Below, one piece after another: positions 46,043 through 56,521 of a stretch of 58,669 nt of DNA. Within the stretch, counting starts at the first letter, position 1; each line of letters starts with the position of its first letter. The notes under the pieces were generated by a model. That model searched no databases, was not told where the DNA came from, and saw only the letters and a program-made list of their open reading frames with translations. The position numbers and the translations under genes are program-made. The stretch is from a virus (lineage: Duplodnaviria > Caudoviricetes), in the IMG/VR virus record IMGVR_UViG_3300042392_001665, positions 1 to 58,669 of that record; one strand, 5' to 3'.

Positions 46043-48472
46043 ATGAAAGTATTAAAGAGAGACGGTACGCTAGAAGAAATGAGATATGACAAAATCACTA
46101 AAAGAATTAGTGCAATTTGTGATGATTTGAATATGGATTATGTTGATCCAACATTCATAACATTAAAAGTTACTTCAGGAATTTATGATGGGATATCAAC
46201 AACTGAATTAGATGTGCTAGCAGCAGAAACCGCTGCAGCTATGGTAACCACACATCCAGATTATGCGAAATTGGCGGGAAGATTAGCGGTTACCAATTTA
46301 CACAAAACAACACCAAAGAAATTCTCTCAAGCAATTAAGGAATTGCATTCATTTATTGAACCCAAAACCGGTAAGGAATCATCATTGATTGATGATAATG
46401 TTTACAAGTTTGTTATGGAAAATAAAGAAGTAATTGATGGGGCTATTGTTTTTAATAGGGATTTTGATTTTGAATACTTTGGTTTCAAGACACTGGAAAG
46501 ATCATATCTATTAAAGATTGCAGACAGAGTTGTTGAAAGACCACAGTATCTTTATATGAGAGTAGCTGTGGGTATTTGTGGTGGTGATTTGCAAATGGCA
46601 CTTAGAATTTATGACGATTTATCACAACATTTTTATACTCATGCAACACCAACATTATTTAACGCGGGGACTAAAAGAGCACAAATGTCTTCTTGTTTTT
46701 TAATCGGGAATAAAGGTGACGATATTGATGGTTTATTTGATACTATTAAAGACGTTGCAAAGATTTCTAAATGGGCTGGTGGTATCGGATTACACGTACA
46801 TGATGTTAGAGCTAAAGGTTCATATATTAAGGGAACTGGCGGACAGTCTGACGGTTTATTACCAATGATGAAAACATATAACGAAGTTGCTCGTTGGATT
46901 AATCAAGGAGGAAAACGTAAAGGTTCTTTTGCGGTATACCTTGAACCATGGCACGCCGACATTTTTGAATTTATTGATTTAAGAAAAAATCATGGTAAAG
47001 AAGAAATGAGAGCAAGAGATTTATTCTTGGCTATGTGGACACCAGACTTATTTATGCAACGTGTTGAATCAGATGGTGACTGGTCATTATTTTCTCCAGA
47101 CGAAGCACCTGGCTTATCCGAGGTATATGATAGCCCAGAAGATAAAGCGTTCACTAGATTGTATGAGTCTTACGAACAACAAGGTTTGGCTAGAAAAACT
47201 ATTAAAGCTAGAAAGTTAATGGATGCAATATTAACTGCACAAATAGAAACCGGAACACCTTATATGTTATATAAAGATCCGGCTAACTATAAATCAAATC
47301 AAAAAAATCTAGGTACAATTAAATCATCTAATTTATGTACTGAGATTATTGAATATAGTTCACCAACTGAACAAGCGGTTTGTAATCTAGCTTCAATTGC
47401 TTTACCAAAATATATTATCAATGGTGTGTTTAGTCATGAGATGTTATATGAGTACACATATCAAGTTGTGAAGAATTTAAATAATGTTATTAACTTAAAT
47501 TTCTACCCAACAGAAGAAACAAAAACTTCTAACTTTAAACATAGACCAATTGGTTTGGGTGTTCAAGGATTAGCTGATGTATTTTGTATGTTAGGGTTAC
47601 CATTTGAAAGTGAAGACGCTGATGTTTTACAGACAGATATATTTGAGACAATTTATTTTGCAGCAATGACATCATCAAATGATTTAGCAAAAGAATATGG
47701 CCCTTATGAATCTATTGTTGGTTCACCAATTGAAAAAGGTGTGTTCCAATTTGAAATGTGGGGATTAAAAGATAAAGATTTATCTGGTAGATGGGATTGG
47801 AAAAAATTAAGAAAAGAGGTTGTTAACAATGGTGTTAGAAATTCTTTATTAATTGCTCCTATGCCTACAGCATCAACTGCACAAATTCTTGGTAATAACG
47901 AAGCTTTTGAACCATTTACAACTAATATGTATTCAAGAAGAACATTAGGTGGTGAGTTTATCGTTGTGAACAAACATTTAGTTAACGAACTTCTAAATTT
48001 AGGTTTATGGAATGAAGAACTTAAAAGAAAGTTGATAATGGAAAATGGATCAATTCAAAACATACCAGAAATTCCTGTACAAATAAAAGAGGTATATAAG
48101 ACTGTTTGGGAAATGTCTCAAAAGAGAATTTTACAAATGGCTGCGAATAGAAGTGTGTTTATCGATCAATCTCAATCGTTAAATTTATTTATAGATAATG
48201 CAACAAAACCAAAGTTACTAGCTGCACATTTATTTGGTTGGAAACTTGGATTAAAAACTGGTATGTATTATTTAAGAACTAGATCGGCGGTTGATGCCAT
48301 TAAAGGATTAGGTATTGATACTGCAGCAGCAAAGCCTACAGAAACTCAATTACCATCGGTAGTATATCAAACAACTCAAAAATCGATAATAAGCGAGGAA
48401 ACACCTGAAGTTGTAATGACTAATGAAAGACCAACGGACTCACCGTTTGAGTGTGAGGGATGTGGGTCATAA
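46043..48472 (+). CDS. nrdA: Class Ia ribonucleotide reductase alpha subunit with ATP cone
   Basis: 'VLKRDG', 'TPTLFNAG', 'SSCF', 'SNLCTEI', 'CNLAS', 'KTGMYYLR', C-terminal CEGCGS. Confidence 0.97.
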   Translation: MKVLKRDGTLEEMRYDKITKRISAICDDLNMDYVDPTFITLKVTSGIYDGISTTELDVLAAETAAAMVTTHPDYAKLAGRLAVTNLHKTTPKKFSQAIKELHSFIEPKTGKESSLIDDNVYKFVMENKEVIDGAIVFNRDFDFEYFGFKTLERSYLLKIADRVVERPQYLYMRVAVGICGGDLQMALRIYDDLSQHFYTHATPTLFNAGTKRAQMSSCFLIGNKGDDIDGLFDTIKDVAKISKWAGGIGLHVHDVRAKGSYIKGTGGQSDGLLPMMKTYNEVARWINQGGKRKGSFAVYLEPWHADIFEFIDLRKNHGKEEMRARDLFLAMWTPDLFMQRVESDGDWSLFSPDEAPGLSEVYDSPEDKAFTRLYESYEQQGLARKTIKARKLMDAILTAQIETGTPYMLYKDPANYKSNQKNLGTIKSSNLCTEIIEYSSPTEQAVCNLASIALPKYIINGVFSHEMLYEYTYQVVKNLNNVINLNFYPTEETKTSNFKHRPIGLGVQGLADVFCMLGLPFESEDADVLQTDIFETIYFAAMTSSNDLAKEYGPYESIVGSPIEKGVFQFEMWGLKDKDLSGRWDWKKLRKEVVNNGVRNSLLIAPMPTASTAQILGNNEAFEPFTTNMYSRRTLGGEFIVVNKHLVNELLNLGLWNEELKRKLIMENGSIQNIPEIPVQIKEVYKTVWEMSQKRILQMAANRSVFIDQSQSLNLFIDNATKPKLLAAHLFGWKLGLKTGMYYLRTRSAVDAIKGLGIDTAAAKPTETQLPSVVYQTTQKSIISEETPEVVMTNERPTDSPFECEGCGS

Positions 48473-48521
48473 GGTGACTTAACGGCGTTTATCGCGTCAA
48501 TATTTTGGACTTAATAGCATT

Positions 48522-48560
48522 TTCGCGACATTTTTTAAATTAAAGTGTCGCGAATTTTTT
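48522..48560 (+). terminator. Rho-independent terminator after nrdA
   Basis: TTCGCGACATTTT...AAAGTGTCGCGAA followed by a T-run. Confidence 0.8.
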
Positions 48561-48597
48561 ATTTATATTCATTTTAGTATTGTTTATATTTATTGTT

Positions 48598-49050
48598 ATG
48601 GCTACAAGGTATGGATTAGACTTTCCGTTTAGAGATAGTACACTAGGTGACTATGCTAGAATGACCCTAACAAGAGACGAAGAAATTCGTGCTAACTTGA
48701 TTCATTTATTATTGACCAGAAAGGGTAGTAGATATTTTCTACCTGATTTTGGAACAAGATTGTATGATTACATATTTGATATGAATGATGTAGTCACATA
48801 TAATAGTATTGAAGATGAGATTAGAGAAAGTATTAAAACTTACATCCCTAATTTAGAAATAAACTCAATAAAAATAACAAATCCGGAATTAGATCCCACA
48901 GAAGAGTCTAGTATTAGTGAAGATGAGGACATTAGATTATTTAGAGTTAGTGATTCGTCTTCAAAACCATATACAGCCAAAATAAGGATTGATTATACAA
49001 CAAATAACGGGGCTTTCTCTAGTTCAGACTTCGTAATTATTAATATCTAA
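48598..49050 (+). CDS. Baseplate wedge protein, gp25-like
   Basis: 'NLIHLLLTRKGSRYFLPDFGTRL..YIF'; ATG 48598 follows TATTTAT. Confidence 0.9.
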   Translation: MATRYGLDFPFRDSTLGDYARMTLTRDEEIRANLIHLLLTRKGSRYFLPDFGTRLYDYIFDMNDVVTYNSIEDEIRESIKTYIPNLEINSIKITNPELDPTEESSISEDEDIRLFRVSDSSSKPYTAKIRIDYTTNNGAFSSSDFVIINI

Positions 49051-49051
49051 T

Positions 49052-50884
49052 ATGAGCAAAAAAATAGCATATACCAATAGAGATTTTGCTGGTTTAAGAC
49101 AGGACCTAGTAAACTTCACAAAAGAGTATTACCCTGATTTAATTCAGAATACTAATGACGCGTCCATATATTCAGTATTGTTGGATTTAAATGCTGCGAT
49201 TGCAGATAACCTTCATTTTCATATTGATAGAGTTTGGCAAGAAACTATGCTTGATTTTGCGCAACAAAAGCAGTCTTTATTTCATATAGCTAAAACTTAC
49301 GGGATTAGAATTCCCGGATCTAGACCTTCGGTTGCATTATGTGATTTCAGCATAAATGTACCAGCAAAGGGTGATAAGGACGATGAAAGATATGAGGGGA
49401 TCTTAAGAGCTGGAGCCCAAGTTTCTGGAGGAGGTCAAATATTTGAAACAATTTCTGATATTGACTTTTCAAATCCATTTAATGAAAAGGGTGAAACAAA
49501 TAGGTTAAAAATTCCAAACTTTGATAATAACAATAAATTAATTTCATATACTATTACAAAGAGAGAACCAGTGGTTAATGGAGTTACTAAAATATTCAGA
49601 AAAGCAATTAATCAAAGAGATCAAAAACCTTTTATGAAAATATTTTTACCAGAGAAAAACGTTCTTGGTGTTACAACAATTATCCATAAAGAAGGTACAT
49701 CATTTGCTGGTAACCCAACAAGTAGTGAATTCATTACAGAACAAAATAAATGGTATGAAGTACAATCTCTAGTACAGGATAAAGTTTTTGTTCCTAGTAA
49801 AACAGCCAATTCTGATAAAAAGAATTTTAAAGCTGGCGAATATGTTAAAGTTAATAACAAGTTTATTACAGAATATACACCAGAAGGTTATTTCTTTTTA
49901 ACTTTCGGTTCTGGTAATGTGGATCCATTAGACAATTTAGACAATTATATAACAAATAACTTAAAAGTTAATTTGTCCACATACTTGAATAACATGTCAT
50001 TAGGTGCAATACCAAAACAAGACACAACATTGTTTATCAAATATCGAATTGGTGGGGGTAAAGAAAGTAATCTAGGGGTTGGAGTTATTAATAACATAGA
50101 GAACATTGATTTTAGTATAAATGGTCCAAATCAGGTTGTAAACGAACAAGTTCTTCAATCTTTGGTTCTCACAAATATAACGCCAGCTGTTGGTGGATCA
50201 GATCAACCGGTATTAGAAGAACTTAGGGGAATGATAGCTTATAATTTTGCTGCTCAAAATAGAGCTGTAACATTAAATGATTATAAATCTATGATTGAAA
50301 CCATGCCATCAACATTTGGAGCACCAGCCAAAGTAAATGTGATGGAAGAAGATAATAAAGTGAGAATCAAACTATTATCATATGATGAAAATGGTAATTT
50401 AACAGATGTGGTATCTAATACTTTAAAACAAAACATTGTTTCTTATTTGTCTGAATTTAGAATGATTAATGATTACATTGATATTGTAAGTGGTGAGGTA
50501 ATCGACTTAGGATTACAAATAGATATACTTTTGGACAAGAATCAGAATCAGACAGAAGTTCTTAGAGAGGTTATTGGTGCCACAACAACATATTTTTCGA
50601 TTGATAAAAGAAAAATGGGAGATCCATTATTTGTTGGTGAATTAATGAAAGAAGTAAATAATGTTCCTGGTGTTGTTAACGTTATTGAAGTTAGGGTTTA
50701 TAATAAAATTGGTGGAGAATATTCATCATCTCAGGTTAGCCAAAGCTACAAAGATGCTGTTACTAAAGAAATTTCTCAAAGTAATATGACAGTATATATG
50801 AAGTCAAATCAAATATTTCAAATTAGATTCCCACAAAAAGATATACAAATTAGAGTTATAACCTTAGGAACGACTACATATTAA
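49052..50884 (+). CDS. Baseplate wedge protein, gp6/J-like
   Basis: 'YTNRDF', 'IAKTYG', 'FGSG', 'Y.IGGG..SN', 'AQNRAVTLNDY'. Confidence 0.9.
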   Translation: MSKKIAYTNRDFAGLRQDLVNFTKEYYPDLIQNTNDASIYSVLLDLNAAIADNLHFHIDRVWQETMLDFAQQKQSLFHIAKTYGIRIPGSRPSVALCDFSINVPAKGDKDDERYEGILRAGAQVSGGGQIFETISDIDFSNPFNEKGETNRLKIPNFDNNNKLISYTITKREPVVNGVTKIFRKAINQRDQKPFMKIFLPEKNVLGVTTIIHKEGTSFAGNPTSSEFITEQNKWYEVQSLVQDKVFVPSKTANSDKKNFKAGEYVKVNNKFITEYTPEGYFFLTFGSGNVDPLDNLDNYITNNLKVNLSTYLNNMSLGAIPKQDTTLFIKYRIGGGKESNLGVGVINNIENIDFSINGPNQVVNEQVLQSLVLTNITPAVGGSDQPVLEELRGMIAYNFAAQNRAVTLNDYKSMIETMPSTFGAPAKVNVMEEDNKVRIKLLSYDENGNLTDVVSNTLKQNIVSYLSEFRMINDYIDIVSGEVIDLGLQIDILLDKNQNQTEVLREVIGATTTYFSIDKRKMGDPLFVGELMKEVNNVPGVVNVIEVRVYNKIGGEYSSSQVSQSYKDAVTKEISQSNMTVYMKSNQIFQIRFPQKDIQIRVITLGTTTY

Positions 50885-50944
50885 CACATTTTTTGCTTAT
50901 CTTTTTCTTAATGGAAAACAGATGAGTTTCTATTTATAGTTAAT

Positions 50945-53900
50945 ATGATTCAGAAGCACAGAATTAATACTCAATTACTGACGGATAAAAAGGTTGTTGT
51001 CGAGCTTAAACAGGATTTTGACCTATTGGAAATCCTTTCTTTAAAATTTACACAACAAGATGCCTATACATCATTATGTGCTGATTATGGGGTTGTTTGC
51101 GGTAGAATTTCAGTAAATAACGGGTTAGGTGTTCCAAATGCTAGGGTTTCAATACTTGTACCCCTAACAGATCAGGATGAGTTTGATCCTGTTGTTTCCG
51201 CATTATATCCATATAAATTATCAAACGATAAAAATGACGGCGGATATCGCTACAATTTATTACCAGCTAGAAAACAGCATGGTGGCCACGAACCTACCGG
51301 TACATTTTTTGATCAAACAGATATACTAAGTAGAGAAGAATACCTTGAGGTATTTGAAAAATATTACAAATATACAGCTAAAACAAATTCTTCAGGTGAT
51401 TTTATGATCTGGGGTGTTCCATTAGGAGAACAACAATTACACGTAGATGTTGATTTATCCGATATTGGATGTTTTTCATTGAGACCTGATGATTTTATAA
51501 GACAGGGTGTTGGTGTTGATTCATTTAAAAATTCGTATGCATTTAAAGCTTCTAACGATTTAGATTCATTACCACAAATTATATCTTTTGATAAAACTGT
51601 TGATGTATCTCCATTTTGGGGAAACATTGATTTATGTCAAATCGGAATAACAAGAACAGATTTTGATTTGTCTAACGAAGGGGTCAAAATAGAACCCAAA
51701 GCATATCTTTTAGGTTCATCATTTACAGAAGAAGGTAATAAGTCAGTTAATAAAAACTGTATGCCAAATGGTGGAATGGGTAATAAATGCAGTTTAATAA
51801 CCCAAGAAACAAAGGTTGAGGTTTTAAGATTTAGTAATCGAAATGATGCCAACGGCAAACCAATACTTGAATTTTATGAATTAGAAGAAGATGTTGATGA
51901 AAGTGGTTCGTTTGCTGTAACACTTCCAATGAATATGGAATATGTTTATACAAATGAATTTGGTGAAAATGAAGTTACAAACGATTCAAATAAAGGTGTG
52001 CCAACATCAGCATGTTATAGATTTAGAATTTCATCAAAAAATGAATCATTAGGTAGAGTTAGACAGATTGGGGCTTATTTAGTTCCAAATATTAGAGAAT
52101 ATGCAACAACGGCAGCTGAAATTGATAAATCATATACCTGGTCAACTAATTGGAATGATTACCCTATAGGTGCACTAAACGATAACATGATTTTTAAAAA
52201 TCTTAACGGTAGTTTTTACCCACAAGATTATTTTTATAGATTTAATTATAATAAAGTATATAGTATATCTTCATTTCTTAGTTCTTATGGGGCTGCAGAA
52301 CAGTTAGGTATACAACAAATCTCACCTAAAGCTGAAGAGGATTGTGAAAACAACTCATTAACATTACCAATTAATCATGCAACTAAAACTATTAGTTTTG
52401 GTATTTTTTTGGCGATTATTTTAAATACATTTGAAAGAATAACATATTATACACTTATTGCTGCAATACAGGTATTAATTATTCCTTTTCAAGCGTTATA
52501 TAATTGGCGAATATACTTAAGAGCTCTCGGTGTTACAATTATAGATTATTATCCATTTAGAGAAGGTGGTATTATTGATGTTGATAAAAAAGTTATTGAA
52601 CCATTGCAAAGATTTGGTACAGTTAGGTTAGGTATTGCAATATATCCAGAATGTGAAACATGTGATAACTTGGATTATAGCAATGACTTACCAGTATTAG
52701 ATCAAGATCCGGAAACAGTTTTTGTACAAGCAGCTAGTGGATCAGCACTCCCTGATAACTATATGACAACATATGGTTGTTCTGGTTATACAGATAGTGA
52801 TTCGTCGGTGACTAGATTATATTTCATAATTCCAGGAAGCACATGTACACCGGTAACTGGTTTAACACCAACATATATTGGATCATATAATGAATCAATA
52901 TTATTAAGTAATGGTGGAAGGTTTGTTGTTAAATTTACAAGTAGCGGCGGTAATACCGTGTTGAATTTAAATACTGAAACAATTAGTGGCCAAACCGTTT
53001 ATTATTTTGATGATATCAATCAAAAAAGTTTTGTTGGTGGAGCAACAACCCCAACTTCTCCAGTACAATATAAAATATTTGATTCACAAACATCATTAAC
53101 CGGAGGGTCTTCAAACAGTGGATTAAATAGTGAATTACAAGGTGGTTGTCAGCAATATGTTACAGTATACAAAGAATCAATTGTTGATGGAACTTATTGT
53201 ACATCAAACGCATCAACACCATATAGTGGATTAACATCTGCAGACATAACCCAAGGTACCGTTTGTGGTTCTGGTAAAATTGCAGTCGGTCAAGTTATTA
53301 AAGGTGTAAATAGTAACCCTTGCGGTACGTGTGGTACACATAGTGGATATTCTGAATTCAGATATGGTTTATTTACAATTATACCAGCAGCATCAATTTC
53401 CAATTGGGGAGATAATTTTGATGCAATTACAGAGTACGCCAGAAGAAAACTTGTTGCTAAAGTTTTTTGTGGTGGTATTGCAAATTATAAATTTATCGAT
53501 AACTGGTTAACCGGAGCATTATATATGTTTCCATTCAAAGCAAAAGTTAGATGGGACGACGAAGAAACACTAGATTTAAATGTTAGAAGAACAAAATATT
53601 GCCCAGACTTAGTTTATTTTAAAGCTGGGTCACCAGAAAATCCAGATAAAAGATTTTATTATAGATCTACATATTTTAATGGTACATCATTTAGTAGAAG
53701 TGACAGAGAAGGTTTAGGCCATCCAACAACTATTGTTGACCTAGGACCAAGAGATGAATTTATAAAAGAGATTTGTACAGATCCTTCATTAGATCCAAAC
53801 TGTTCGGTTATAAGAAGTATTGGACCAACATCATATCAAAATTTTAAAGAACTTTTTGGTTTATATATAAATTATAAATTAGATTATTTGGCGACAGATC

Positions 53901-54751
53901 AAAGTACAACTGGTAGTTATGAATCCTTTTTTGAAAATAACGGATATGGTTCATATGGTAGTATAATGAATGGAGATATCTTACAATTAATATCTATTAA
54001 TAATGAAGCGGGAATAGAAGAATTTGATTTACAAAACAGAAATTATGCAGTTTATACCCCACAAGTATTAGACGTGGAATCTTACCCAGGATTACTAAAC
54101 GGCGGTCCATTACCGATAAATTTTGTTTTAGATGACGGTGATGGCTACAGAGTAAGAGCTTGTTTAAATGAACCAGGTAGATTAACAGAATCTTCTCAGC
54201 AAGTTCCATTTTATTTATGGCAAAAAAATGGTACTGGGTTTGGTAGTGGTGTTAGCCAACATTGGGATTATGATAATATCGAGGTACAACCTTTACAAGG
54301 AATGACAAAAAATTATAAGTATGTTGGAGATAGCACACATAAATATATTTTATTCCCAATGACAAAACAATATAGTGGAGATACTTTTACATACGCCGGA
54401 ATATCATATGCTGATGTTATTGCAAATGTTGAAACAACAGGTACAACACATACAAACTACTCAAATCAAGAAGAAGGGTTTACTGTTCTTGAGATAGCAA
54501 CTGGAAGTGAAGATAACCCATTAACTGGAACATTATGGATAAGAACTGGTGAAACAGGAAACTGGGCATCAAAATCTTGGAATGATGATGTTGATTTTAT
54601 TCTAAAACCAACAACAGTAAATTATGATGGGACTAAACAAATATTATCTACACCATTCTTGTTTTACTTTGGTTTGAGACCGGGCAAGACTGCGGTTGAT
54701 AAATTTATACAAAGGTTTGGCCCTAAAGGTGCATTCCCATCTACTGATTAA
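50945..54751 (+). CDS. Large Cys-rich virion/baseplate-associated protein
   Basis: N-terminal carboxypeptidase-regulatory-like sandwich ('GVVCGRI...GVPNARVSI...TNSSGDFMIWGVPLG'); follows gp6. Confidence 0.6.
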   Translation: MIQKHRINTQLLTDKKVVVELKQDFDLLEILSLKFTQQDAYTSLCADYGVVCGRISVNNGLGVPNARVSILVPLTDQDEFDPVVSALYPYKLSNDKNDGGYRYNLLPARKQHGGHEPTGTFFDQTDILSREEYLEVFEKYYKYTAKTNSSGDFMIWGVPLGEQQLHVDVDLSDIGCFSLRPDDFIRQGVGVDSFKNSYAFKASNDLDSLPQIISFDKTVDVSPFWGNIDLCQIGITRTDFDLSNEGVKIEPKAYLLGSSFTEEGNKSVNKNCMPNGGMGNKCSLITQETKVEVLRFSNRNDANGKPILEFYELEEDVDESGSFAVTLPMNMEYVYTNEFGENEVTNDSNKGVPTSACYRFRISSKNESLGRVRQIGAYLVPNIREYATTAAEIDKSYTWSTNWNDYPIGALNDNMIFKNLNGSFYPQDYFYRFNYNKVYSISSFLSSYGAAEQLGIQQISPKAEEDCENNSLTLPINHATKTISFGIFLAIILNTFERITYYTLIAAIQVLIIPFQALYNWRIYLRALGVTIIDYYPFREGGIIDVDKKVIEPLQRFGTVRLGIAIYPECETCDNLDYSNDLPVLDQDPETVFVQAASGSALPDNYMTTYGCSGYTDSDSSVTRLYFIIPGSTCTPVTGLTPTYIGSYNESILLSNGGRFVVKFTSSGGNTVLNLNTETISGQTVYYFDDINQKSFVGGATTPTSPVQYKIFDSQTSLTGGSSNSGLNSELQGGCQQYVTVYKESIVDGTYCTSNASTPYSGLTSADITQGTVCGSGKIAVGQVIKGVNSNPCGTCGTHSGYSEFRYGLFTIIPAASISNWGDNFDAITEYARRKLVAKVFCGGIANYKFIDNWLTGALYMFPFKAKVRWDDEETLDLNVRRTKYCPDLVYFKAGSPENPDKRFYYRSTYFNGTSFSRSDREGLGHPTTIVDLGPRDEFIKEICTDPSLDPNCSVIRSIGPTSYQNFKELFGLYINYKLDYLATDQSTTGSYESFFENNGYGSYGSIMNGDILQLISINNEAGIEEFDLQNRNYAVYTPQVLDVESYPGLLNGGPLPINFVLDDGDGYRVRACLNEPGRLTESSQQVPFYLWQKNGTGFGSGVSQHWDYDNIEVQPLQGMTKNYKYVGDSTHKYILFPMTKQYSGDTFTYAGISYADVIANVETTGTTHTNYSNQEEGFTVLEIATGSEDNPLTGTLWIRTGETGNWASKSWNDDVDFILKPTTVNYDGTKQILSTPFLFYFGLRPGKTAVDKFIQRFGPKGAFPSTD

Positions 54752-56520
54752 TGGAAAAGAAAACTATCATATTACCAGGTTTAGAATATTATAAATCACC
54801 ATCTGTTGATTTAACAACTAGAATTTCATTAGATACTAATGAAGAACTATTAAGAGAAGGTGATAGGTCAATTATTTTGGATTTAGAACAACAATTTAGT
54901 GATGAAAGAAATGAAATTACAAAATATAAGATATATGGTAAAATAAGAATGATTTTTAGAAATATGTATGAGGGTGCTGCGGGTTATGGTAATTTGGAAG
55001 AATACTTAGCATTACGCGGAGATGGGTCTAATAATGTGTTTACTGGTTATTTACCATATGATGAGTTTGCGTTTATTAGAAGAGATACATATCGTGAAGA
55101 TATTAATATACCTTCAATTAGTGGGTCGACGTATGGAACATATACACCAACATTTTCATTACCGGTAAATTCCAGAAACAAACATCAGAACATATCTAAT
55201 ATGAATGCCCCATATCACAATTGGAATCTTCATTTAAGTTATGTTTATAGTGCCGATACTGAATATGATATGTCATATACATTAAGTGGTGCAACAAGTT
55301 ATTCATGTAATAATACAACTCAAATATGTTTTAAATCAAAAAATGGTATACCATGTAGAGTTGAAAGTAAAACAGGTTATTATAAACTTACAACACCAGT
55401 ACCACACGGTATTAATGAAGGTGAATATGTTATAATATCATCAGTATCGTCTATAAGTGGGAAAACATATTCTGTTTCGAGCTTAGGTGATAACAAATAT
55501 AACTCTTCAAAATATGTTATTAATTTAAATAAACAACAGTTTAGTGGATCAACAACATTACCAACACTTATTACAATAAAAAGATGTATTGATGAAAAAA
55601 ATATTAGTGGAACAACATCTTCATATTATGTACATAAACATAAAATATTAACTAAAGAAAAAGATTATATTTTAGATAAAGCTGGATTTGAATCTTCAAT
55701 ATTTGAAGATGAAAAAAAGTTATTATTAGAAAATAGCGCGGGTGTTAACGATTTTTTGGTAGAAAGAAATAGAGGTGAATCCCTAATATATGATTTTAGA
55801 GAACCGTTTGTCTTAAGTGGGTTAACAAATAATCTTGGTTATACACCAAGTGAAATATATGTTTCTGTTTTATTTAGAAATGGGTCTGGTTATTTTGAGT
55901 ACCCACCTAAAGTAGGATATAAATTTCATTTACATAATGAATGGATAGATAATCATTTCAGTGGCTCGACAAAATTAGAAACTGGTTTAACAGGAACTAA
56001 CTTCACTGTTAGTGGTACAACATTTACATCTGGTAATACTACACCAATAGGAACAATACTAACCGGTGCTTTTGTTGAATACAATGAAGTTGATTTAAAA
56101 GAAAGAATTATTTCAGAATCATTACATAAAATAGTAAATCCAGTAACTATTTTTGATCATGAACAAGATCAAAATGTCGTTGAGTTTAGTGGTGCAACAG
56201 CAAATAATAAAATGGGATTACTATATCAACCACATCATAGGGTTAAGTTAAGGCAACTATCCGAATATGTTGAAACATCAAATACAAAAAATATTGCTGA
56301 TCTTCCGGATAATGCTAAATATTTTCCAGAAGAGGGGTTATGGAAATGGAGAGATGTATTTGATCACGGGTTTATTGATGAAGACGGTAATGGTACAGAC
56401 TATCCTTTTGTAAATGGCCAACATTATGTTAAAACTGATTTAAACTTTTATTTTTTTAATGAAAGAGAATACAACAATAAATCTGATGGTTTTAAAGGGT
56501 TTGGTAATATAAATTGTTAA
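54751..56520 (+). CDS. Probable virion structural protein
   Basis: Coupled to the upstream gene; Ser/Thr/Gly-rich. Confidence 0.6.
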   Translation: MEKKTIILPGLEYYKSPSVDLTTRISLDTNEELLREGDRSIILDLEQQFSDERNEITKYKIYGKIRMIFRNMYEGAAGYGNLEEYLALRGDGSNNVFTGYLPYDEFAFIRRDTYREDINIPSISGSTYGTYTPTFSLPVNSRNKHQNISNMNAPYHNWNLHLSYVYSADTEYDMSYTLSGATSYSCNNTTQICFKSKNGIPCRVESKTGYYKLTTPVPHGINEGEYVIISSVSSISGKTYSVSSLGDNKYNSSKYVINLNKQQFSGSTTLPTLITIKRCIDEKNISGTTSSYYVHKHKILTKEKDYILDKAGFESSIFEDEKKLLLENSAGVNDFLVERNRGESLIYDFREPFVLSGLTNNLGYTPSEIYVSVLFRNGSGYFEYPPKVGYKFHLHNEWIDNHFSGSTKLETGLTGTNFTVSGTTFTSGNTTPIGTILTGAFVEYNEVDLKERIISESLHKIVNPVTIFDHEQDQNVVEFSGATANNKMGLLYQPHHRVKLRQLSEYVETSNTKNIADLPDNAKYFPEEGLWKWRDVFDHGFIDEDGNGTDYPFVNGQHYVKTDLNFYFFNEREYNNKSDGFKGFGNINC

Positions 56521-56521
56521 A

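Larger units (their letters stand above)
884..50938. promoter_or_regulatory. Dispersed TATTTAT(A) motif, putative late promoter (14 sites)
   Basis: Plus strand: 11519, 13001, 19330, 21331, 24465, 26006, 27966, 38857, 48587, 50931. Minus strand: 884-890, 5150-5157, 8516-8522, 11494-11501 (a further site at 17514-17521). Each lies 4-40 nt before a start codon in the sense orientation. Confidence 0.7.

Noticed and set aside
13479-48472. Eukaryotic giant virus origin (PolB, SNF2, eukaryote-like RNR)
   Set aside because: Contractile tail, sigma factor, coupled operons and intrinsic terminators indicate a bacteriophage.
13479-48472. Inteins, introns or homing endonucleases in polymerase, helicases or RNR
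   Set aside because: Motif spacing and lengths look uninterrupted; no intein termini or LAGLIDADG/HNH motifs were seen.
48473-48520. CG-rich stretch after nrdA as a tRNA or ncRNA
   Set aside because: No cloverleaf or T-loop; the adjacent hairpin is explained as a terminator.
21375-50884. Extracellular contractile injection system or tailocin
   Set aside because: Neck proteins, polymerase, helicase, RNR and a sigma factor are interleaved, which indicates a phage genome.
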